Shown: one piece after another, positions 36,433 through 43,485 of the stretch
How the letters are laid out: each line of letters opens with the position of its first letter
Numbering within the stretch: the stretch's first letter is position 1
Assembly: GCA_963650905.1 (NCBI GenBank)
Contig: CAVJNC010000001.1
Span: 1 to 47,382, forward strand
Source of the DNA: Subdoligranulum sp. APC924/74
GTDB lineage: Bacteria > Bacillota > Clostridia > Christensenellales > Borkfalkiaceae
Direction: 5' to 3'
DNA: 47,382 nucleotides
The notes under the pieces: model-generated
The model's database searches: none
What the model was told of the DNA's origin: nothing
The model's input: the letters and a program-made list of their open reading frames with translations, nothing else
Position numbers and translations under genes: made by a program

Positions 36433-37182
36433 TTATTCATAATCGACGACGTTTACCCACGAGAGAAGGAATTCGCGTTCTTTCTCGTTGCCTTTAACGA
36501 TCTGCGAAGCCGCTACGATGGGCATCCATTTCTGAATGTATTGCTTTTCGGTGTGGCTCTTCGCGCAGAAGAGGTCGAGATATTTCTTCGCCCCGTCTAT
36601 ATCGCCGTTGAGCCAGAACAGAAGATAAGTTCTCGCCACGTCCGCCGAGGCGTTGCCCTGAGTCGCGTGCGACCAGTCGAGAATATAAGGCGTTCCGTCT
36701 TCGGCGATGATGATGTTGGAGGGGTTGAAATCTCCGTGGCAAAGTTTGTTGTGCTTCGGCATCGCGTCGAGGCGGGTGTGAAGTTCGTAACGGGTAGTCG
36801 CGTCGAGATCGGTGTTTAAGATCTTGCGGTTCATCTTGTCCTTCAACTTGGTGAGAAGAGGGCAGGTTTTGGACTGAACTTCCATCTGAAGATCGACGAA
36901 CATATTGAGATATTCGTCTTTCTTGTCGGGGTTCTCGCTCATGATCTGAGCGAGAGTTTTACCTTTGATATAATCGGTCGTTATCGTCCATTTGCCGTCG
37001 ATGACGGAGACCTCGCGGATTTTGGGAACGTTAAGCCCCGTTTCCTCCACGAGCGCGTGATTGAGCGCTTCGTTTAAAACCTGCGCTTTCGAATAAGTAT
37101 TGTCGAATACTTTAAGACACAAATCGCCGTCACGATAAACCGTTTTGTTGTTTCTTACGGCAATTATTCTGTCAAGTTTCAT
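36433..37182 (-). CDS. APH/choline-kinase-fold protein kinase-like protein
   Basis: Catalytic-loop and DxD-type motifs: LCHGDFNPSNIIIAEDGTPYILDWSHA. 249 aa. Confidence 0.7.
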   Translation of the reverse strand: MKLDRIIAVRNNKTVYRDGDLCLKVFDNTYSKAQVLNEALNHALVEETGLNVPKIREVSVIDGKWTITTDYIKGKTLAQIMSENPDKKDEYLNMFVDLQMEVQSKTCPLLTKLKDKMNRKILNTDLDATTRYELHTRLDAMPKHNKLCHGDFNPSNIIIAEDGTPYILDWSHATQGNASADVARTYLLFWLNGDIDGAKKYLDLFCAKSHTEKQYIQKWMPIVAASQIVKGNEKEREFLLSWVNVVDYE

Positions 37183-37194
37183 CTTTTTTCCTCC

Positions 37195-39909
37195 TTATGC
37201 TTTTTTAATTCCGCTTTTTGCGCGGCGGTACGCTTGTTTGAAGTTATGAGTGTCGTCCGCAGGCGCGGCTTCCGCTTTCGGCATTTCGGGTTCGGTGAAA
37301 TGTTTGTTTCCGTAATAAGCGTTGAGATACATCTGCTTGATTTCGCTCATGAGCGGGTATCTCGGGTTTGCGCCGGTGCATTGATCGTCGAACGCCTGTT
37401 CCGTCATCGCGTCGAGGCGGTTGAGGAAGTCGGCTTCGTCGGGGACGTAATCTCTGATTGTGGGTTTGATTCCGACTCTCGCTTTGAGGTCGTTAACGGC
37501 TTTGATGAGGTTTTCGAGTTTTTCGGTATCCGTGTTGCCGCCGAGACCTAAACAGTCGGCAACTTCGGCGTATCTCGCCAAGGTGTGCGGGTGATCGTAC
37601 TGCGAGAACGTACCCATCTTTACGGGCGCTTCCGCTGCGTTGAAACGAAGAACTTCTTCGATCATCAGAGCGTTTGCCACGCCGTGAGCGATGTGGTGGA
37701 ACGCGCCGAGTTTGTGAGCCATCGAGTGGCAGACGCCTAAGAACGCGTTAGCGAAAGCCATGCCTGCCATGGTTGCGGCGTTTGCCATTTTTTCACGGGC
37801 TTCGACGTCTGCCTGACCGTTGTCGTAAGCGCGCGGGAGATATTTGAATATCGTCTGCAACGCCTGTTTCGCAAGACCGTCCGTATAATCGGTAGCCATA
37901 ACCGAAGCGTAGGCTTCCAACGCGTGGGAAACGGCGTCGATACCGGAAGCGGCGGTAAGTCCTCTCGGCGCGCTCATATGGAAATCGGTGTCGATTATAG
38001 CCATGTTGGGCAGCAACTGATAGTCCGCGAGAGGATATTTGATTCCGCTGTCCTGATCGGTGATGACGGCGAACGGAGTGACTTCCGAACCGGTACCGGC
38101 AGAGGTCGGGATAGCGATGAAGTATGCTTTTTCTCCCATCTTCGGGAAGGTGTAAACTCTCTTACGGATATCGATGAATCTCATCGCCATATCCATGAAG
38201 TCTGCTTCGGGATGTTCGTAAAGAACCCACATTATCTTGCCGGCGTCCATTGCCGAGCCGCCGCCGAGAGCGATGATGACGTCCGGTTTGAACGAACGCA
38301 TGAGTTCCGCACCCGCTTTGGCGCACGCGAGAGTGGGATCGGGAGCGACGTCGAAGAACGTCTCGTGAACGATGCCCATCTGATCGAGTTTGTCCTCGAT
38401 GGGTTTGGTGTAGCCGTTATTGTAAAGGAACGAGTCCGTTACGATGAACGCGCGTTTCTTGTTCATGACGTGCGTCAACTCGTCGAGAGCGACGGGCAGA
38501 CAACCTTTTTTGATATAAACCTTTTCAGGCGCGCGGAACCAAAGCATGTTTTCTCTCCTTTCTGCAACAGTCTTAATGTTAATCAGGTGTTTGACGCCCA
38601 CGTTTTCCGAAACGCTGTTGCCGCCCCACGAGCCGCAGCCGAGCGTTAAAGACGGAGCGAGTTTGAAGTTGTAAAGATCTCCGATTCCGCCGTGCGAAGA
38701 GGGAGTGTTCACGAGGATACGGCAGGTCTTCATACGCGAAGCGAATTCGTCGAGTTTGGCCTTTTCCGTCATTACGTTGAGGTAAATGGACGAAGTGTGT
38801 CCGTATCCGCCGTCCGCGATAAGGTGTTCCGCTTTGGAGAACGCGTCCTGAATGTCCTCGGCTTTATACATCGCGAGAACGGGGGAGAGTTTTTCGTGAG
38901 CGAATTCTTCCGAAAGTTCCACGCTTTCCACTTCGCCGATAAGAATCTTCGTTCCTTCGGGAACGGTAACTCCTGCGAGCGCGGCGATCGTAGCGGCTTT
39001 CTGACCGACGATTTTCGCGTTGAGCGCGCCGTTTATGATGATCGTTTTGCGGACTTTTTCGGTTTCTTCGGGGTTAAGGAAGTAGCAACCTCTGTTCGCG
39101 AATTCGATTTTCACGGCGTCGTAAACGTTCTTATGAACGATGACCGACTGCTCGGAAGCGCAGATCATGCCGTTATCGAAAGTTTTGGAGTGAATGATGG
39201 AGTTGACGGCAAGCACGATATCCGCGGAATCGTCGATGATCGCGGGGGTGTTGCCCGCGCCTACGCCGAGAGCCGGTTTGCCGGAAGAATAAGCGGCTTT
39301 GACCATTCCGGGGCCGCCCGTAGCGAGGATAATGTCCGCTTCTTTCATGAGGAGGTTGGTCATTTCGAGAGAAGGAATATCAACCCAGTCGATGATTCCT
39401 TCGGGCGCGCCGGCTTTAACGGCCGCGTCGAGAACGACTTTAGCCGCGGCGATAGTCGATTTTTTCGCTCTCGGGTGCGGACTGATGATGATCGCGTTTC
39501 TCGTTTTGAGGGCGATCATCGTTTTGAAAATCGCGGTGGACGTGGGGTTCGTCGTCGGGATAACCGCGGCGATAACGCCTATCGGCTCGGCGATTTTCTT
39601 TATGCCGTAAGCCTTGTCCTCTTCGATAACGCCGCAGGTTTTCGTGTTCTTGTAAGCGTTATAGATATATTCGGCGGCATAGTTGTTTTTGATGACTTTG
39701 TCCTCAACCACGCCCATGCCTGTTTCTTCCACCGCCATTTTCGCGAGGGGAATACGCGCCTGATTGGCGGCGATGGCGGCGGCTTTGAAAATTTTGTCCA
39801 CCTGTTCTTGCGTGTAGGTCGCGAATTTACGCTGAGCGTCCTTTACTCTTGCGATAGTCGCTTCGAGCGTCTCGACGCTGTCGACTATCTGTCGTTCTTT
39901 GTTTTCCAT
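37195..39909 (-). CDS. adhE: Bifunctional acetaldehyde-CoA/alcohol dehydrogenase
   Basis: N-terminal ALDH domain (catalytic-Cys region FDNGMICASEQS) plus C-terminal Fe-ADH domain (GGGSAMDAGK, HSMAHKLG). 904 aa with a ~35-aa Ala/Lys-rich C-terminal tail. Confidence 0.95.
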   Translation of the reverse strand: MENKERQIVDSVETLEATIARVKDAQRKFATYTQEQVDKIFKAAAIAANQARIPLAKMAVEETGMGVVEDKVIKNNYAAEYIYNAYKNTKTCGVIEEDKAYGIKKIAEPIGVIAAVIPTTNPTSTAIFKTMIALKTRNAIIISPHPRAKKSTIAAAKVVLDAAVKAGAPEGIIDWVDIPSLEMTNLLMKEADIILATGGPGMVKAAYSSGKPALGVGAGNTPAIIDDSADIVLAVNSIIHSKTFDNGMICASEQSVIVHKNVYDAVKIEFANRGCYFLNPEETEKVRKTIIINGALNAKIVGQKAATIAALAGVTVPEGTKILIGEVESVELSEEFAHEKLSPVLAMYKAEDIQDAFSKAEHLIADGGYGHTSSIYLNVMTEKAKLDEFASRMKTCRILVNTPSSHGGIGDLYNFKLAPSLTLGCGSWGGNSVSENVGVKHLINIKTVAERRENMLWFRAPEKVYIKKGCLPVALDELTHVMNKKRAFIVTDSFLYNNGYTKPIEDKLDQMGIVHETFFDVAPDPTLACAKAGAELMRSFKPDVIIALGGGSAMDAGKIMWVLYEHPEADFMDMAMRFIDIRKRVYTFPKMGEKAYFIAIPTSAGTGSEVTPFAVITDQDSGIKYPLADYQLLPNMAIIDTDFHMSAPRGLTAASGIDAVSHALEAYASVMATDYTDGLAKQALQTIFKYLPRAYDNGQADVEAREKMANAATMAGMAFANAFLGVCHSMAHKLGAFHHIAHGVANALMIEEVLRFNAAEAPVKMGTFSQYDHPHTLARYAEVADCLGLGGNTDTEKLENLIKAVNDLKARVGIKPTIRDYVPDEADFLNRLDAMTEQAFDDQCTGANPRYPLMSEIKQMYLNAYYGNKHFTEPEMPKAEAAPADDTHNFKQAYRRAKSGIKKA

Positions 39910-39930
39910 AGAAACCTCCTGTGTTTCGTA

Positions 39931-40530
39931 CTATGATTTTTGTCTTATTTTGTTTTGCAGGTGAGCCAGAGAGAGCGCGAGATCCTCGTATTGAACCGTA
40001 ACGCCTTCGGGAACCTGCAGTTGAGAGTGAGAAAAACACCACACGGCTCTGATTCCGCTTCTTATCATCTCGTCCGTCGCTTCCTGCGCCGCGGCGGCGG
40101 GAACGGTAAGAATGCCGAGTTCGATCTGATGCAACAGGCAGTACGATTTCATTTCGCTTATCGGAAGGACGTTGTCTCCGAACTTGTTTTCGTCGTTGTC
40201 GAACGCCTTCGCGACTTTCAGTCCGTACTCCGAAAAACCCGCGTAGCCCAGAAGAGCCATGCCGAGTTTCCCCGCGCCGACGATGATCGCTTCCTTCTGA
40301 AACTTATCCGGAAGGACGCTTTCCATGCTTCGGATCAGGTCGGTTACCTTGTAGCCGATTTTCGGTTTTCCTTTGCCGCAGACGGAAGCGAGATCTTTCC
40401 GCACCTGAACCTCGCCGAGCGAGAGTTGCTTCGCGAGCGCGGTCGCGGAAATTTCCGTGGCCGAATCGGGCAACGCCTTCAGACGTTTCAGATACATCGG
40501 TATTCTGCTTAAAGTCGCTTTGGATATCAT
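39931..40530 (-). CDS. rex: Redox-sensing transcriptional repressor Rex
   Basis: Winged helix ISATALAKQLSLGEVQVRKDLASV plus Rossmann motif VGAGKLGMAL. Start placed at ATG 40530 (GAGGAG 9 nt upstream). The ORF-track start at 40551 has no ribosome-binding site. Confidence 0.9.
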   Translation of the reverse strand: MISKATLSRIPMYLKRLKALPDSATEISATALAKQLSLGEVQVRKDLASVCGKGKPKIGYKVTDLIRSMESVLPDKFQKEAIIVGAGKLGMALLGYAGFSEYGLKVAKAFDNDENKFGDNVLPISEMKSYCLLHQIELGILTVPAAAAQEATDEMIRSGIRAVWCFSHSQLQVPEGVTVQYEDLALSLAHLQNKIRQKS

Positions 40531-40556
40531 CGCGTTTTTCTCCTCTTCCATCGTAA

Positions 40557-40585
40557 AGTATAACGCAACGCGCGGAAAATGTGAA
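40557..40585 (-). promoter_or_regulatory. Promoter of the rex-adhE-hyd operon
   Basis: Minus strand: TTCACA, 17 nt, TATACT. The -35 box coincides with a single Rex-type TTCACA half-site. Confidence 0.5.
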
Positions 40586-40644
40586 TTGCTTTATTTTTAT
40601 ATCGGTATGGTATTTATCGATATAACACGGAAAGAAATAAAAAA

Positions 40645-40670
40645 CCGCAGAAAATCAAGGGTTTTTGCGG
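40645..40670 (-). terminator. Intrinsic terminator of lysR (40680-41609)
   Basis: ccgcaaaaa/tttctgcgg stem (one mismatch) followed by TTTTTTATTT on the minus strand. Confidence 0.65.
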
Positions 40671-40679
40671 CTTTAAAAG

Positions 40680-41609
40680 TTACGATGCGCCGAACAATTC
40701 GCGTTTTACGCGGCACAGTTCGGTAACGAAAGCCTTATCGAGATCGGTAAGGGCGTAGTCTTTTTTATAAATAAGAAGGTCTTTATACGTTTTTTTGTTC
40801 TCGGCGCAGGTTTTTTCCGTCAGCCCGTAAGCGAGAAGCGTGGACTTAGGAACGGCGGACACCCACATAAAGGTGCGCGGATCCTTGGAGAGCAGTTCGA
40901 ACTGGCTCGCCCGTTCGAAAACGAAAATACGCCGTTCGGTTTGCGGCAGTTCCTCTTTTTTCACTTCCGAGAGCGATAAAAAGGGAACGTAAGGATCGGC
41001 GTGCGCGATCTCGGTTTTGTCGGGAAGGTCGGAAAATTTCACGTCGTCGACGGCCGCGAGCGGAGAATCTTTGCTCACGAGCAGGCGATAACGGAACTCC
41101 GTGACGAGTTCGTAAGCAAGCCCTTTCGCGTCGAGCGATTCCTTATAATACGAGTCGTACTGTTCGGCGTAACGGATGATGCCGAGGCGATAGTCCGATT
41201 CGAGAATGTTTTTTATGGCGCGGAGCGAATTCGTTTCCTTATAGAAAAACTCGATTTTTTCTTTGTCCGGCAACTTGCCGACGAAAGACGAAAACGCGTC
41301 GCTTATATAACTGGCGCGGGGAACGGAAACGGAGAACTTTTTGTTTTCCGGAAGGTCGCCGCGGAACATGTTTTCCACGGTGTCCACCTGCTTGAGTATG
41401 CTTTTCGCGTATTTCAGAAATTCCTCGCCGCGCGGGGTTACCTTTATCCCGCGGGAAGAACGTTCGAAGAGATTCACTCCGAGCGACGTTTCCAGTTCCT
41501 TTATGCAGCGGCTGAGGTTGGATTGATCCATATAAAGCGATTCGGCGGCTTTGTTGATCGATCCGCAGGAAGCCACTTCCACCGCGTATTTCAAATACAT
41601 TAAATTCAT
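40680..41609 (-). CDS. LysR-family transcriptional regulator
   Basis: HTH: LKYAVEVASCGSINKAAESLYMDQSNLSRCIKELETSLGVNLFER. Confidence 0.85.
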   Translation of the reverse strand: MNLMYLKYAVEVASCGSINKAAESLYMDQSNLSRCIKELETSLGVNLFERSSRGIKVTPRGEEFLKYAKSILKQVDTVENMFRGDLPENKKFSVSVPRASYISDAFSSFVGKLPDKEKIEFFYKETNSLRAIKNILESDYRLGIIRYAEQYDSYYKESLDAKGLAYELVTEFRYRLLVSKDSPLAAVDDVKFSDLPDKTEIAHADPYVPFLSLSEVKKEELPQTERRIFVFERASQFELLSKDPRTFMWVSAVPKSTLLAYGLTEKTCAENKKTYKDLLIYKKDYALTDLDKAFVTELCRVKRELFGAS

Positions 41610-41613
41610 GCGA

Positions 41614-41663
41614 ACACCTGTAATTATAGGTGTATTATATTATATTAACAACGGATTTGTCAA
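41614..41663 (-). promoter_or_regulatory. lysR promoter with an inverted repeat over the transcription start and ribosome-binding site
   Basis: Minus strand: TTGACA (41658-41663), 18 nt, TATAAT (41634-41639), then ACACCT-N8-AGGTGT (41614-41633) ending 5 nt before the ATG. Confidence 0.5.
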
Positions 41664-41671
41664 CCTTTTGC

Positions 41672-41704
41672 CGTAAATTTACGTTATTTCGCCGTAAATT
41701 TACG
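41672..41704. repeat. 2 x 21-nt tandem repeat, each copy containing the 12-nt palindrome CGTAAATTTACG
   Basis: Palindromes at 41672-41683 and 41693-41704, about 30 nt past the MATE stop codon. Confidence 0.8.
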
Positions 41705-41736
41705 TTGCTTCGCCCTCTTTTTTCGCCGCGCGTTCT

Positions 41737-43143
41737 CTATTTTTCGTCCGGATCGGGAATCCGGTTCGTTTTGTTTAACGCCTGCTTTAAAAATATCGCC
41801 GAAACGACGCACGTGAGAATTTCGGCAATCGGGAACGTCCACCACACGAGATTAAGCACGTTGTCGGAGAGCGTGAACAGATAAGCCGTCGGGAAAACGA
41901 AAACGACGAGCCTTAAAAAAGCGGTCGCGAGCGGGCTGACCGCGTTGCCGAGAGCCTGCAAAACGCCCTGAACGGCAACGTTGAAACCCATAAACACGAA
42001 ACTTAAAGCGGCTATTCTCGTCGCTTTGGCGCAAACGTCCGTTAGCGCGGCGGAACTGCCGCCGGAAAGGGCGAAGAGTTCCGAAAGAGGAACGGCGATT
42101 ATCTCGAACAAAACGGTTATGCAGAGCGTGACGAGAAGAGTGTCGAGAATTCCGTATTTTATGCAGTCTTCGGAACGTTCTTTGCTTTTCATTCCGTAAT
42201 TGAAAGAGAGAACGGTGATTATCGTGTTCGACAACCCGAACGCCGAAAACAAAGCGATTTGTTGTATTTTATAATAAATTCCGAACGAACCGACAAGAAT
42301 CGTCGGATCTGCGTTCGCCGAGCCTAAAATCGCGTTCATTCCCGCCATCATAACCGATAGCAGAGCCTGCATAATCGCGGCGGAAACGCCTATTTTGTAA
42401 ATCGAAGCGATTATTCCGCCGTCCGGACGGATATATTTCGGGTTGCCGCCGATTTCTTTGTTTACGGAATAATGCAGAGCCATCGCGATGAAAAGCGAAA
42501 CGAACTGCCCGATAATCGTCGCCCACGCCGCCCCGGCGACGCCCATATCGAGCGGGAAAATAAACACGTAGTCCAAAACGACGTTCGTCAGCGCGCCCGA
42601 GATCTGCGCGATCGTGGAGAGCATCGTTTTGCCCGTCGCCTGTAAAAATCTCTCGTAAACGGCGAAACCTATCGACCCGAGCGAAAAACATACGCATATG
42701 CGAAGATAAGAAGTTCCCATTTCCTTAACCGCGTCGTTTTCGGTGAAAAGCCCGATAAACCATTCCGAGAGAAACAGCCCGAAAAGCAGAAATACGGCAT
42801 AAATTACGAGGCAGAGAAAAATTCCGTTCCCCGCGACGGCGTTCGCCTTTTCCTTGTCGCCTTCGCCGAGGCTTTTGGAGAGCATCGCGTTCAGTCCCAC
42901 GCCGGTGCCTACGCTCACTGCGATGATCATTATCTGTACGGGGAAGGCAATCGTGAGAGCCTCGTTCGCGAGCGCGCCCGAGCCTTGCATGTTGGCTACG
43001 AAAACGCTGTCCACAACGTTATAAAGAGCCTGCAGAACCATGGATATTATCATCGGCAAGCCCAGTTTCCACATCAACTTTTTCACGGGCTCTGCAGCCA
43101 TTTTGTTTTGCTTTGTTTGTTCCGTTTGTTGCATTTGTTGCAT
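41737..43143 (-). CDS. MATE-family multidrug efflux transporter
   Basis: Start at ATG 43143 (MQQMQQTEQ...). 12 TM helices. PMIISMVLQALYNVVDSVFVANM is typical of MatE. The 77-codon upstream extension covers the structured leader and is rejected. Confidence 0.85.
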   Translation of the reverse strand: MQQMQQTEQTKQNKMAAEPVKKLMWKLGLPMIISMVLQALYNVVDSVFVANMQGSGALANEALTIAFPVQIMIIAVSVGTGVGLNAMLSKSLGEGDKEKANAVAGNGIFLCLVIYAVFLLFGLFLSEWFIGLFTENDAVKEMGTSYLRICVCFSLGSIGFAVYERFLQATGKTMLSTIAQISGALTNVVLDYVFIFPLDMGVAGAAWATIIGQFVSLFIAMALHYSVNKEIGGNPKYIRPDGGIIASIYKIGVSAAIMQALLSVMMAGMNAILGSANADPTILVGSFGIYYKIQQIALFSAFGLSNTIITVLSFNYGMKSKERSEDCIKYGILDTLLVTLCITVLFEIIAVPLSELFALSGGSSAALTDVCAKATRIAALSFVFMGFNVAVQGVLQALGNAVSPLATAFLRLVVFVFPTAYLFTLSDNVLNLVWWTFPIAEILTCVVSAIFLKQALNKTNRIPDPDEK

Positions 43144-43182
43144 TTTAATACCGTCCTTTTTGGCGTTCGGAATTCTCTCGGC

Positions 43183-43226
43183 TATCCGCGGGCGGTTGCG
43201 TTTGCAAACGCAACCGCCCGCGGATA
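43183..43226. promoter_or_regulatory. Perfect 44-nt palindrome in the MATE 5' leader
   Basis: tatccgcgggcggttgcgtt-tgca-aacgcaaccgcccgcggata forms a 20-bp GC-rich stem. It lies 40 nt upstream of ATG 43143 and has no U-run on either strand. Confidence 0.7.
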
Positions 43227-43229
43227 AGC

Positions 43230-43268
43230 AAAAAAAATGCGTAAACCCGAAGAAAATCGGATTTACGC
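43230..43268 (-). terminator. Leader intrinsic terminator (attenuator) upstream of the MATE gene
   Basis: Minus strand: GCGTAAATCCG-attttctt-CGGGTTTACGC (11 bp including one G-U pair), then A TTTTTTTT. Confidence 0.7.
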
Positions 43269-43321
43269 AAAGGAATATCAAAGAAAATTCCGCTGTTTTT
43301 TGCCACTCATTTTCGGTAATC

Positions 43322-43349
43322 ATTATAGCGATTTTCCGAAAAAAGTCAA
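43322..43349 (-). promoter_or_regulatory. Promoter of the MATE gene 41737-43143
   Basis: Minus strand: TTGACT, 16 nt, TATAAT. Implied leader of about 170 nt. Confidence 0.6.
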
Positions 43350-43415
43350 GTTTTTTTCCGCCGTTTTCCGCCATGCGGAGAAAAAATTTCCCCGAAGAAT
43401 GTTTTTCCTTGTGGC

Positions 43416-43485
43416 ATTAAACGGTCGCCGCGCCGTCGCTTTCGGGCGATATTAAACGGTCGTCGCGTCGTCGCTTTCGGGCGGC
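43416..43485. repeat. 2 x 35-nt tandem duplication spanning the stop codon of the MATE gene 43452-44867
   Basis: attaaacggtcg[c/t]cgcg[c/t]cgtcgctttcgggcg occurs at 43416 and 43451. The second copy encodes ...ESDDATTV*. Confidence 0.9.

Noticed and set aside
2136-39936. Long ORFs antisense to or overlapping the called genes (for example 2136-2966+, 6222-7019+, 22242-23489+, 24588-25544-, 28560-29924-, 33305-34261+, 38692-39936+)
   Set aside because: Each lies fully inside a gene with strong family motifs on the other strand. Their translations are Arg/Phe/Val-rich and low in complexity, they have no ribosome-binding sites, and they match no family I recognise. This is the mirror-frame artefact expected in CpG/GC-rich coding DNA.
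40552-40600. Rex operator upstream of rex-adhE
   Set aside because: Only one TTCACA/TGTGAA half-site (40580-40585) is present. The partner half-site expected from TTGTGAA-N4/6-TTCACAA is not recognisable (the sequence is AAATAAA instead). I therefore do not call a Rex box. Rex control of the operon remains an inference from gene context.
43272-43304. 10-codon uORF (MSGKKQRNFL) at the start of the MATE leader as a ribosome-dependent attenuation peptide
   Set aside because: There is no Shine-Dalgarno sequence, and the ATG would sit about 10 nt from the predicted transcript start. I could not find a convincing antiterminator pairing that a stalled ribosome would release. It is retained only as a possibility under the attenuator finding.
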